Assembly: GCA_963719515.1 (NCBI GenBank)
Contig: CAVRCJ010000014.1
Location: forward strand, 128,001 to 192,000
Direction: 5' to 3'
Length of the DNA: 64,000 nucleotides
Source: an uncultured cyanobacterium
GTDB taxonomy: Bacteria; Cyanobacteriota; Cyanobacteriia; CAKZMO01
Under the pieces are notes generated by a model, which was not told the DNA's origin, searched no databases, and saw nothing but the letters and a program-made list of their open reading frames with translations. Of this stretch, positions 43,564 through 52,572 are shown piece by piece; position 1 is the first letter of the stretch, and each line of letters starts with the position of its first letter. Position numbers and translations under genes: made by a program.

Positions 43564-43777
43564 TGGCTGCTCCCGTCTAAATAGGTCTCCAACTTGCGGT
43601 AGACTTCCGGTGAACTGACAAGCACTGGCCCTCAGAATGGAGGGCCGCCGAAAAACGTGAACTTCTGGCGAGGCGATTGCAAGCCTCTTCTGGAAGTGGT
43701 GCTATACTAGTTGCTCTGAGATTAAGTCTATATTGCCTCTAAAAAGAGTATTTGTTTAAGGAGAGCGTCTTACACGC

Positions 43778-44032
43778 ATGGTTAAGCTTCGACTCAAGCG
43801 CTACGGAAAAAAAAGAGAAGTGAGCTACCGAATCGTAGCTATTAACAGCCGCGATCGCCGCGATGGTCGCCCCTTGGAGGAGCTTGGGTTCTACAACCCC
43901 CGCACCGATGAGACTCGGCTCAACGTACCCGCCATCGTAAAGCGTCTACAGACCGGGGCTCAGCCAACCGATACGGTCCGGCGAATCCTAGAAAAAGCGA
44001 GCGTATTTGAGCAAGTTAACGCAGGCTCATAG
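43778..44032 (+). CDS. rpsP: 30S ribosomal protein S16
   Basis: [35 protein letters not shown]. Confidence 0.97.
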   Translation: MVKLRLKRYGKKREVSYRIVAINSRDRRDGRPLEELGFYNPRTDETRLNVPAIVKRLQTGAQPTDTVRRILEKASVFEQVNAGS

Positions 44033-44053
44033 CCGTTTCGGCGCGTACAAATT

Positions 44054-44452
44054 TTGGCGTATATCCCCCTGGCCGTGACTGATTCAACTGCCCCCGACCC
44101 AACTCTCCCTAGCCCGGCTAATGCTGACTACGCAGCGTTAGTTAAGTTTTTGGTTGAGCCTTTTTTAGCTTCTCCCGACTCGCTACGGCTCGATACTGAG
44201 ATGTCGCCGCGGGGGCGGGTGCTGCTGCGTCTGGCCATTGAAGGGGAAGATAAAGGCAAGGTGTTTGGTCGAGGCGGTCGGAACCTACAGGCTATTCGCT
44301 CGGTGGTTGAGGTCTCTGCTCAGCTTGCCAATCAGATGGTCCATCTAGAGGTCTACGGCCATTCGCCCGAGCGCGATTCTAGCTCAGACGATCGGAGTCA
44401 GCCGCGATCCTCTCGGCCTGCGCCTCCTCGTCCTCGTTTGAAGCAGGGGTAG
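44054..44452 (+). CDS. KH-domain RNA-binding protein (KhpA-like)
   Basis: DKGKVFGRGGRNLQAIR; in the rpsP-KH-phoH order. Confidence 0.88.
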   Translation: MAYIPLAVTDSTAPDPTLPSPANADYAALVKFLVEPFLASPDSLRLDTEMSPRGRVLLRLAIEGEDKGKVFGRGGRNLQAIRSVVEVSAQLANQMVHLEVYGHSPERDSSSDDRSQPRSSRPAPPRPRLKQG

Positions 44453-44467
44453 TTTTAAGCCCTTAAG

Positions 44468-45418
44468 ATGGCTACTGTATCCATCGACCTATTGAGTCCA
44501 GAAAACGCGATCGCGCTGACCTCTAGTCGCTACGACACCCTGCCTCAGCTTGCAAAGCTGACTGGAGCCGAGGTTGTGCTTCGAGGCCAGGATCTGGTGA
44601 TTTCTGGTAAGGACAGTGCGGTAGAGCAGTGCACTGCGCTTGTCAGAGCGCTTGAACCCTACTGGAGCGTAGGCAAGGCCGTTACCGGTGTTGACGTGCT
44701 GACGGTGCGCCACGCCTTGGACAGCAAACGTCTAGGCGATCTGAGCGCCCTACAAAAAAACGTGCTGGCGACAACCCGTCGTGGCGAGCAGATTCGCGCC
44801 AAAACGCTGAGGCAGCAGCAGTACATCCAGGCCATTCGCGCCCACGATCTAACATTTTGCATTGGTCCTGCTGGGACCGGTAAGACTTTTCTAGCCGCTA
44901 TTCTAGCGGTTCAGGCGCTGTTCGCCGAAGAGGTGGAACGGCTAATTCTGACGCGCCCTGCCGTAGAGGCCGGAGAAAAGCTGGGGTTCTTGCCGGGGGA
45001 TCTGCAGCAAAAAATTGATCCCTACCTACGTCCCCTCTATGACGCCCTCTACGAACTGATCGATCCCGCTAAGATTCCTAGCCTGATGGAGCGGGGCATC
45101 ATTGAGGTGGCTCCGCTGGCCTATATGCGAGGCCGGACCCTCAACAATGCGTTTGTCATTCTAGACGAGGCCCAGAACACCTCCCCAACCCAGATGAAGA
45201 TGGTGCTCACCCGGCTAGGCTTTGGCTCCCGAATGGTGGTAACCGGCGATGTGACCCAAACCGATTTGCCGAGTCAGTCCCAGTCAGGACTAGCCGTGGC
45301 GCAAAAGACTCTAAACGGCGTGGAGGGCATTGGGTTTTGTCAACTCACCCAAGCTGATGTGGTGCGCCATCCCCTGGTGCAGCGGATTGTGGCGGCCTAC
45401 GAGAAGCAAGGGCGCTAA
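44468..45418 (+). CDS. phoH: PhoH family ATPase
   Basis: GPAGTGKT, RPAVEAGEKLGFLPGD, YMRGRTL, DEAQN, VVRHPLV. Confidence 0.93.
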   Translation: MATVSIDLLSPENAIALTSSRYDTLPQLAKLTGAEVVLRGQDLVISGKDSAVEQCTALVRALEPYWSVGKAVTGVDVLTVRHALDSKRLGDLSALQKNVLATTRRGEQIRAKTLRQQQYIQAIRAHDLTFCIGPAGTGKTFLAAILAVQALFAEEVERLILTRPAVEAGEKLGFLPGDLQQKIDPYLRPLYDALYELIDPAKIPSLMERGIIEVAPLAYMRGRTLNNAFVILDEAQNTSPTQMKMVLTRLGFGSRMVVTGDVTQTDLPSQSQSGLAVAQKTLNGVEGIGFCQLTQADVVRHPLVQRIVAAYEKQGR

Positions 45419-45424
45419 GGGGCC

Positions 45425-46204
45425 TTAAATCTGGCCGACAACGATGCGATCGCCTGTCGGCTGTAGCGGCGCGGAGCCCTCAGCTACCGTGACAAAGGCC
45501 TCCTGCGCTTTAACCCCCTCGGGGATGCCCTCTGGCGGGTTGAGGGTGACGAACACCGAGCCGGTTTCATCGGTGGCGAACTCGCCGCAGAGAAATGGCT
45601 GCCCGTTGTCTAGGGAAAGCCACATACGGTAAACCTGCTCAGGGGGAAGCGGCGGCAGGTCGGCGATAGAAACCACCACCTGTTCCCACTGGCCGGGGGT
45701 AAACAGCAGCGTCCCCGCTGAGCCCTCTCCCTGCAGCGCTACTAGGCGGCTTTTGGGCCGCTGGAGAATTGAGGCTACCTCTTCGGCCTCGCTCTCTTCT
45801 GGGACGTTTTGCTGGGCAAGGCTGAACTGCCGCCGCAGACGGAGGTTGTCAAAAGCGAGCAGCAGCAAGGCTGGGATAGACAGGATAGCGATCAGCCGGC
45901 TCCAGGGCACCGAGCGGGAAACGCTGGCGCGTGAGCTGCGGTCCGTCTTACTAATTTCGCTAGCGGTATGAGCCGCCAGAATCTTGCCTTCCAACTGCGG
46001 CGGCGGCGCAATCTTATCTAGGGCATGGGGTACGAGCTGCAGGCTGATGCGCAGCGCATCTACTTCCTCCTGCATGGCTGGATTCGCTTTGAGTAGCTGC
46101 ACCACCTGCGCCTCTTCGTCAGCGTCGAGGTCGCCCAAGACGTACCCCGCCGCCAAAATCTGTTCCTCGTTTGATAGTAGCTGTGACATGTTCTCTTTGT
46201 TCAC
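45425..46204 (-). CDS. Anti-sigma factor, RskA-like
   Basis: LAAGYVLGDL, PP..L..KIL, one TM, C-terminal LPPLPPEQVYRMW...P.G; its GTG overlaps the native sigma-gene stop (tcac at 46201-46204). Confidence 0.85.
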   Translation of the reverse strand: MNKENMSQLLSNEEQILAAGYVLGDLDADEEAQVVQLLKANPAMQEEVDALRISLQLVPHALDKIAPPPQLEGKILAAHTASEISKTDRSSRASVSRSVPWSRLIAILSIPALLLLAFDNLRLRRQFSLAQQNVPEESEAEEVASILQRPKSRLVALQGEGSAGTLLFTPGQWEQVVVSIADLPPLPPEQVYRMWLSLDNGQPFLCGEFATDETGSVFVTLNPPEGIPEGVKAQEAFVTVAEGSAPLQPTGDRIVVGQI

Positions 46205-46265
46205 TCGACCGCACTCCCTAGCAGCCGTCGTAGGGTTATCAGACCCTTTCGTGCGTTGGTTTTAA

Positions 46266-47684
46266 CTATTAGACGGGAAGTCCCGCGCTGTATGGGCAGC
46301 ATCAGCGTCGGGATGAAAGGCGCGTGAGCCGTAGGCGAACAATTAAGGAGCGGCGCATTACTCCTTAAGGATGCTACAATCGAAGTGTGTTGACCTTGAA
46401 CTACTCCTACAGAATTTATCCGTCTGTTGAGCAGGAAGCCCGTATGGTCTGTTGGCTTGAGACCTGTCGCGGCGTCTACAACTATGCGCTGCGAGAGCGA
46501 AAGGACTGGATAAAGTCGAGAAGCTGCGTAGCTAATGCCTGCTCGCTTCAGTCGGAGTACGTCATGGCGGCGGACGCGCCATATCCTAGCTACTACAAGC
46601 AGCAAAATGCGCTGACTGCGGCTAAGAAGATATTTCCTCACCTGAAGGACGTGCAGTCTCAGGTGCTTCAAGAGCCTATTCGCAGGGTAGAGGCAGCATT
46701 TGCTGCGAGGAAGGAGAGAGGCCACGGTTTCCCGCGCTTCAAAAAGTTTGGGCAGTACCGCTCGTTCCTCTTTCCGCAGTTCAAGGAAAACCCGGTGACG
46801 GGCAGCCAAATCAAGTTGCCTAAGCTAGGCACGATGCGCATCGTTCTGCACCGCCCTATCCCAGAAGGGTTTGCGGTGAAAACGGTGCGCATCATCAAAA
46901 AGCATTCGGGGGTACGCTACCCTATGCATTCAAGCCGATGTCAATGTGCCTGATGCTGTTCCCTATGGGGAGAGTATCGGCATTGACGTCGGGCTTGAAT
47001 ACTTTCCTGTCCACTTCCAACGGCTTGCAGGTAGAGCGCCCGCGCTTTTTCGGTAAGCTGCAGCGCAAGCTTAAATTGCTGCAACGCAGACTGAAGAATA
47101 AGCAGCGGGGCTCGAATAACCGCGCCAAAGCTGATTGGAAGAATTGGACGGGTACATGAGCAGATAGCAGCTTGCCGCCTTGACTGGCAATTCAAGCTGG
47201 CCCACAAGCTGTGTGACCAAGCCCAAATCATCTTCGTAGAAGACCTTGACTTTCGCATCATGGCGAAAGGGATGCTGGGTAAACACACTCTTGATGCTGG
47301 CTTGGGGCAGTTCATAAACCAGGTCTTGCCGTGGGTGTGCTTCAAGCGCGGCGTCTATTACGGCAAGGTTGACGCTTATGGTACTTCTCAGGAGTGCCCA
47401 GACTGCGGCGCTGTGGTCAAAAAATCGTTGGGCGATCGCGTTCATCGGTGTCATGAATGTGGGTCGCTCAAGCCGAGAGATATTGCCGCTGCTCAAGTCA
47501 TCAACGCCCGTGGAATTTCGGGTATTCAAATTGCCTGTGGAGCCGAGGTAGCGGGGATGTGGGAAGCCATATCTAGCCAACTGGCCCAGAAGCAGGAAAC
47601 TCATCGGGTGACCGATGAAGCCCGCGCTCTATCCGTAGGATGTTCGCAAAGCGCTTCCGCAGGAAGAACGTCGGGAGTATTCAC
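46266..47684 (+). mobile_element. IS200/IS605 family, tnpB-only (IS1341-like) element
   Basis: Boundaries fixed by restoring the sigma ORF: TTTAA|ctattagacgggaagtcccgcg ... gtcgggagtatTCAC|; no target duplication; no tnpA. Confidence 0.92.
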
Positions 47685-47694
47685 CCGTACCTAA
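46387..47694 (+). pseudogene. tnpB: RNA-guided endonuclease TnpB with three apparent single-base frameshifts (~46910, ~47005, ~47128)
   Basis: YSYRIYP..EQ N-terminus, GFPRFKK, RuvC-I IGIDVGL, RuvC-II FVEDL, zinc finger CPDCG..CHECG, RuvC-III RDIAAA. Confidence 0.9.
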
Positions 47695-48292
47695 TGGTAA
47701 ACCTAACTGCTGAGCAATGGTCGATTGGCTGACGCCCTGATAGAAGTTCATCTCCAAGATTTGCCGCTGGCGGTCTGGAAGTTCAGCCATCACGAGCTTT
47801 AGCGCCTGCGCTTGCTCGGTCAGAGACGCTTTTTCTAGCGGCGTTGATGTTGTCCATTCTCTGAGGGGCAGCGCCTTTAGCTTCTCAAGCGATCGCTGCT
47901 GGCTGCTGCTGCGCTTCAGACGGTTGAGCGCCCGACTGCGGGTTACCACGCTGAGGTAGGTGCTGAGCGCAGCTCGACTGGGATCAAAATTTTCCTGTTT
48001 CCAAAAATTTAGAAATACATCTTGAGCTAGGTCTTCTGCCTCGCTAGCGATGCCTAACATTTTCAGGGCGATCGTGTAAACCAAGCCACTATAGCGCCCG
48101 TACAACAATCTAAGCGCGTCTTGATGTCCCGCCCTTAAGGACTCAACCAGCTCGGCATCGGAGGTATTATCAGAAAAACGAGCCATGGGTCATGGGGAAA
48201 TAGCGATCCGCTGCATCGTACAAATCTACAACTGAGCTTACTACGCTGCTACACCAGTCAAAGTTAAGTTATAGGTTAACAAGCAATGAGTA

Positions 48293-48326
48293 AGGGAACG
48301 CCTCTCTAGAAACAGAAGCGTTCCCT
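48293..48326. terminator. Hairpin downstream of the RTX gene
   Basis: agggaacgc...gcgttccct inverted repeat. Confidence 0.45.
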
Positions 48327-48387
48327 GAACATTTGATTTCCCGATCTGAGCTAAGCAGATAGCTCTCGTCCGGGACATTTGCTTTAG

Positions 48388-48779
48388 CGACTAGACGGGA
48401 AGCCCCGCGCTCTACCCGTCAGGGTGAGCGTCGGGATGAGAGTCGCGCTAGCCGAAGTGCGCCCGCAAAATGATGCACAGCGGATAGTGCGCTCAGCGCT
48501 GAGGCTAGCAGTTGGTATGATAGAGATAGCAAGGTGATACACCCCGCAAAGAGTGTGACGGGCCCGTAGGCGAAAGCTGCAAGTCACCCGTTCCTCAGTT
48601 TGCAAATGTATCTGCGACACATAGTGCGTATCCTCCCTCGCGGAGATGAAAATTCAAAACTCTGCCGTGGGGCATCAGGCGGAGTATAAACCTATCTCAG
48701 GATATGTCTCGGCAATAGCTGGGAGTCACTGAGGAAGCCCGCGCTGTACAGCTTGCTGTCAGCGTCGGGAGGATGTCAC
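48388..48779 (+). mobile_element. Non-autonomous IS200/IS605-type mini-element, family A, copy 2 (392 bp)
   Basis: TTTAG|cgactagacgggaagccccgcg ... gaagcccgcgct..agcgtcgggaggatgTCAC|; inverted near-identical copy at 23643-24034. Confidence 0.88.
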
Positions 48780-49837
48780 ACCTGAACCACGAAGCTATCA
48801 GCATTGAGGGTAGGGGCCCCTTCAATGGTGGCAATCTGCGCCCCGTTACCAAAGCCGTCTTCCATGCCGTTCGAATTGTAGTACAGTGCCCCTGTAGCTG
48901 CGCTGTAGGCAATCGCCGCTTCGCTGAGCGCTGCCGCCTCGGCGCTATCAACAATCGCAAACTCTCCAGCAGCAAACGCCCCCCCAGGGCTGCCGGTCAG
49001 GGTGGCGAAGATGGTGGTGTCGAAAACGATGCTGTCTTCGGCTCCGAAGTTTTGGATGAGGTTGTCGCCTTGCTCAGACGGGAGTAGCCCGACGGCAAAT
49101 GCGAATAGGTCTGCGCCTTCACCGCCGATGAGGATGTCGCTGCCGGCCCCACCAATGAGCAGGTCAGCGCCGTTGCCGCCAATCAGAATATCGTCGCCAG
49201 CACCGCCTATAAGGATATCGCTACCGTCACCACCGTCAGCGACAACAGGGGTGAGGGTACCGCTGGCGTTGAGGAAGTCGTTGCCCTCTCCCCCTGAGAA
49301 CACTACCTTCTCGACGGTGCTGCCGGTCAGGTCGCCTACGGTGAGGGAGTCGTCGCCCCCTTGGCCATTGATCTCAAACTGCTCGATGTTCTCGTTGGTG
49401 AGCGTAAACAGCCCCAGGTTGAGGCGATTGAAGATGGCCTGCCCGTCGACCTGAGCCAGGTCAAACTCATCGCCCGCGCCGTCTGCGCCGTTGACTTGAG
49501 TAATATCGAAGCCCGCGCCGCCGTCGATGAAGTCGCTGCCGTCGCCGTTGTTCCAAATAAAGCGATCGCTACCGGAACCCAAGAAAGCAATATCTCCTCC
49601 GATTTGACCCACAACAGTGTCGTCGCCCGACCCGGCAAAAATAAGGTCGTTACCAGCCCCAGCCGCAACCCTGTCGTCACCAGCCCCAGCGAAAAACAAA
49701 TCGTCATTGTCTCCGCCTTGCAGCTGATCGTCTCCAAAGCCACCAACAAGGATATTGCCAAGGTTTTGAATGCCGACCGCGTTTTCAAACAGATCGCCGA
49801 TAATCAGGTTGATCAAGTTAACGAGTAAAGGATTCAT
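48776..49837 (-). CDS. RTX/hemolysin-type calcium-binding protein
   Basis: GGxGxDxLxG repeats, WNNGDGSDFIDGG, C-terminal TGALYYNSNG..GFG.GAQIA. Confidence 0.88.
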   Translation of the reverse strand: MNPLLVNLINLIIGDLFENAVGIQNLGNILVGGFGDDQLQGGDNDDLFFAGAGDDRVAAGAGNDLIFAGSGDDTVVGQIGGDIAFLGSGSDRFIWNNGDGSDFIDGGAGFDITQVNGADGAGDEFDLAQVDGQAIFNRLNLGLFTLTNENIEQFEINGQGGDDSLTVGDLTGSTVEKVVFSGGEGNDFLNASGTLTPVVADGGDGSDILIGGAGDDILIGGNGADLLIGGAGSDILIGGEGADLFAFAVGLLPSEQGDNLIQNFGAEDSIVFDTTIFATLTGSPGGAFAAGEFAIVDSAEAAALSEAAIAYSAATGALYYNSNGMEDGFGNGAQIATIEGAPTLNADSFVVQV

Positions 49838-49997
49838 GGTGATTCTCCAAAAAAACAGTTAGGTGAATGAACGAAGTTCTGTAATAGATACAGCGGTCAA
49901 TCACGATCGGTTTTAAAGAATTCAAATTTTCCTAGGCTCCCCAGATTGCCTTGATGAACAGCGATCGCGTTACGCCAGCACAAGATAAACTGACCCC

Positions 49998-50852
49998 ATG
50001 ATTACCGGAACCACAAAACTACTGGGCGTCATCGGCCACCCCATCGCCCACTCCCTCTCCCCCGTCATGCACAACGCGGCGATCGCCCACCTAGGGGCCG
50101 ACTTCGTCTACCTGCCCTTTCCCATCGCGCCTGACTACCTCAAGCAGGCCATCCAGGGCTTTGAGGCGATCGGGTTAAAGGGCTTCAACGTCACCATTCC
50201 CCATAAGCAGTCGATCATGCCGCTGCTCAGCCAGGTGAGCGACCTGGCAATCTCTGTGGGGGCGGTGAATACGGTATGGCGAACGGAGACTGGCTGGAGC
50301 GGCACCAACACCGACGTGGCTGGGTTTGTCGCCCCCCTCACCCCCATGGATCGCGACTGGGGTGAGGCACTAATTTTGGGTCATGGGGGAGCCGCCCGCG
50401 CCGTGGTGGCGGGCTGTGTGCAGCTCGGGTGCAAGACTATTCGCGTGGTAGGACGACGGCCCGAGGCGCTAGCCGCGTTTCAGCGTAGTTGGCAGCTCAC
50501 TCCCCCGGCGACGCTGTCGGTTCATGCTTGGACAGAAGTACCGCAGCTTTTGGCAACCAGCGACCTGGTGGTCAATGCGACGCCCATCGGCATGCATCCC
50601 CACAAAGACGCCTCCCCCCTAGACGACCATTGGCGGGCGCTGCCGGCCAGCTGCGTCGCCTACGACCTAATCTACAAGCCCAATCCCACAAGATTTTTGC
50701 AGCAGGCCGAGTCCCGAGGGGCGATCGCCATCGACGGCTTAGAGATGCTGGTCCAGCAGGGGGCGTTGGCCCTAGAGCTTTGGCTGCAGCAGCCTGCACC
50801 AGTTGATATAATGCGGCGATCGCTGCAGGCAGCGCTGGGGTTAGCCGCCTAA
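49998..50852 (+). CDS. aroE: Shikimate dehydrogenase
   Basis: HSLSPVMHN, NVTIPHK, GAVNT, NTDVAG, GHGGAARA, NATPIGM, DGLEMLVQQG. Confidence 0.96.
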   Translation: MITGTTKLLGVIGHPIAHSLSPVMHNAAIAHLGADFVYLPFPIAPDYLKQAIQGFEAIGLKGFNVTIPHKQSIMPLLSQVSDLAISVGAVNTVWRTETGWSGTNTDVAGFVAPLTPMDRDWGEALILGHGGAARAVVAGCVQLGCKTIRVVGRRPEALAAFQRSWQLTPPATLSVHAWTEVPQLLATSDLVVNATPIGMHPHKDASPLDDHWRALPASCVAYDLIYKPNPTRFLQQAESRGAIAIDGLEMLVQQGALALELWLQQPAPVDIMRRSLQAALGLAA

Positions 50853-50856
50853 TTCT

Positions 50857-51871
50857 TCAAAGAAGGCCAAAGGTCGTCCCCACAAACCAAACGTAGAAAA
50901 TAATAAACAGCCACCCCTCCCAAGACGAAAGCTGCTTATCCTGCGTGGCAAAAAACATCAGCACAGTGCCCGCAATCATAGTGGGCAGTCCCGTTGTGAG
51001 CGTAGCCTCTGACACGGGCAGCTGCCCAAACAGCCCCGGCCCACCCATCACCACGAAGGTGTTAAAAATATTCGAGCCCAGAACGTTGCCCACGGCGATT
51101 TCAGCCTGTCCCTTGAGCGCTGCGTTGATGGTTACCAGCAGTTCAGGGAGTGAGGTGCCTAAGGCGACCGCCGTCACCGCGATGATGTCTCGCCCCACCT
51201 GAAGGATATCTGAAATTTGGATGAGCGAATTGATGGTGTAGCGAGCGCCCAGAAAAATAAACAGAGCGCTCGCGACAACCAGAGCCCCGTTGCGCAGCAG
51301 GGCCGAGCGTCGCCGCGACGGGGGCGGGGGCAGCTGCCGGATCGTCTGTAGTTTCCACAGTCTCGTTTATTGGGCTGTCCATTGGGCTGTCTACCGTCGG
51401 ATTGTTGACAGCGGTCCGGCTGCCGATAGTGACATAGACGGTATAAATCACGTAGCCCGATAAAAACAGAACCGCTTCGCCTTGGGAGAAGCGCCGGTCG
51501 AGGGACGCTAAGCCCAGCAGAAACGCAGACCCGGCAAACAGCGGTAAATCTACGTTGACTAAGTTATAGGTAATCGTCAGCCGACCTTTGCACAGGAGGG
51601 CGGCAGTGCCGATGACTAGAAAAATATTGACGATGTTAGAGCCGACGACATTACTCACCACCACCTCGGGAGCCCCTTCGAGGACGGCGAAGAGTGACGA
51701 GATTAGCTCTGGCAGAGACGTCCCGATGGAAATAATGGTGACGCCAATGATAAAAGGGGGAAGCCCTAGGGAGAGGCCAAGTCGTTCAGCAGCATCCGTA
51801 AATACGTCTGAGGCTTTTACCAAGACGGCTAAGCTGGCAGCAAACAGGACAAAATAGCCGACAAGTTCCAT
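50857..51871 (-). CDS. Ca2+/Na+ antiporter (YrbG-like), frameshifted near 51320
   Basis: Two alpha repeats, GTSLPEL...SNVVGSNIVN and GTSLPEL...GNVLGSNIFN, lie in different frames; a gggggcggggg run sits at the junction. Confidence 0.85.
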
Positions 51872-51936
51872 GTTCCGGTACGGGCCGTAAACGTAGTTTT
51901 CTGAAGCCAGTGTATCAGGCCAACGCCTGAGCGCCT

Positions 51937-52572
51937 TTACAGCAGTGGATCCGGTTGCGCAATGCGCTTGAGAGCCTGACACCGCAGCAGCTCATCTGCT
52001 GTACTCACTCGGCCTTCAATATCGGGCAGCGCCTTGATGCCCGCAATCAGATGATCCGCCGCCTCTGCTTCTGTATACCCCCGCCGAGTCGAAACCTGCA
52101 CGGCCTGAGCGTCGGCCTCAATCTCCGTCTGGAGACTGTGAACGGAGCGCCAAATCCGCTGGCCCGCCACCGCGCTCAGCCCCCCAAATACCACAACACC
52201 GGCAGCGTCTCCCCGAACGGCTTCCACTGCCAGCACCATCAGCCCGATGCCCAGCCCCCATTGGTACAATCCTGGTTTCACCCAGCGCACCGCTGTCCCT
52301 CTGCAAGAGGTTCGCAGCAGCAGCAGGTCTCGCTGAGCCTGGGGCAGCTGGTGCCATAGAGGCAGGTTAATCGCGATGGTGAAAATACGGCTCCAGGGTT
52401 TGGGCAATCTCGTCGCGATCGCCTTCTGCTGGCCAGGCTGGCTCACCAGTTTGCACCACATCAGCCCCGATGCGGGAAGTAGATCAGACAGTCTGCCCAA
52501 CTCAGCATCGCGGGCGGGCGGGCGGGTTTTCTGGCGTTTGGGCTTGGATGAAGAATCAGCAGTGTGGGTCAT
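51937..52572 (-). CDS. DUF3318 family protein
   Basis: ELGRLSDLLPASG, LWHQL...QRDLLLL, two TM segments, EADAQAV..RRGY. Confidence 0.75.
   Translation of the reverse strand: MTHTADSSSKPKRQKTRPPARDAELGRLSDLLPASGLMWCKLVSQPGQQKAIATRLPKPWSRIFTIAINLPLWHQLPQAQRDLLLLRTSCRGTAVRWVKPGLYQWGLGIGLMVLAVEAVRGDAAGVVVFGGLSAVAGQRIWRSVHSLQTEIEADAQAVQVSTRRGYTEAEAADHLIAGIKALPDIEGRVSTADELLRCQALKRIAQPDPLL

Larger units (their letters stand above)
46201..48186 (-). pseudogene. ECF sigma-70 factor (SigK-like) interrupted by the tnpB element
   Basis: AEDLAQDVFL..W (region 2) and LP.RQR..LEM.FYQG.SQ..IA..LGLPLGT (region 4). Removing 46266-47684 gives the in-frame LGT-V-KTNARKGLITLRRLLGSAVE*. Confidence 0.9.

Noticed and set aside
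46387..48186. TnpB next to an ECF sigma factor as a domesticated RNA-guided transcription system (TldR or dCas12f-sigma type)
   Set aside because: The element interrupts the sigma gene in opposite orientation, keeps both transposon ends and retains the RuvC catalytic residues. This is an insertion, not an operon.
48555..48600. Group II intron domain V-like hairpin (gggcccgtaggcgaaagctgc...)
   Set aside because: A GNRA hairpin is present, but the catalytic triad/bulge geometry and domain VI are not.
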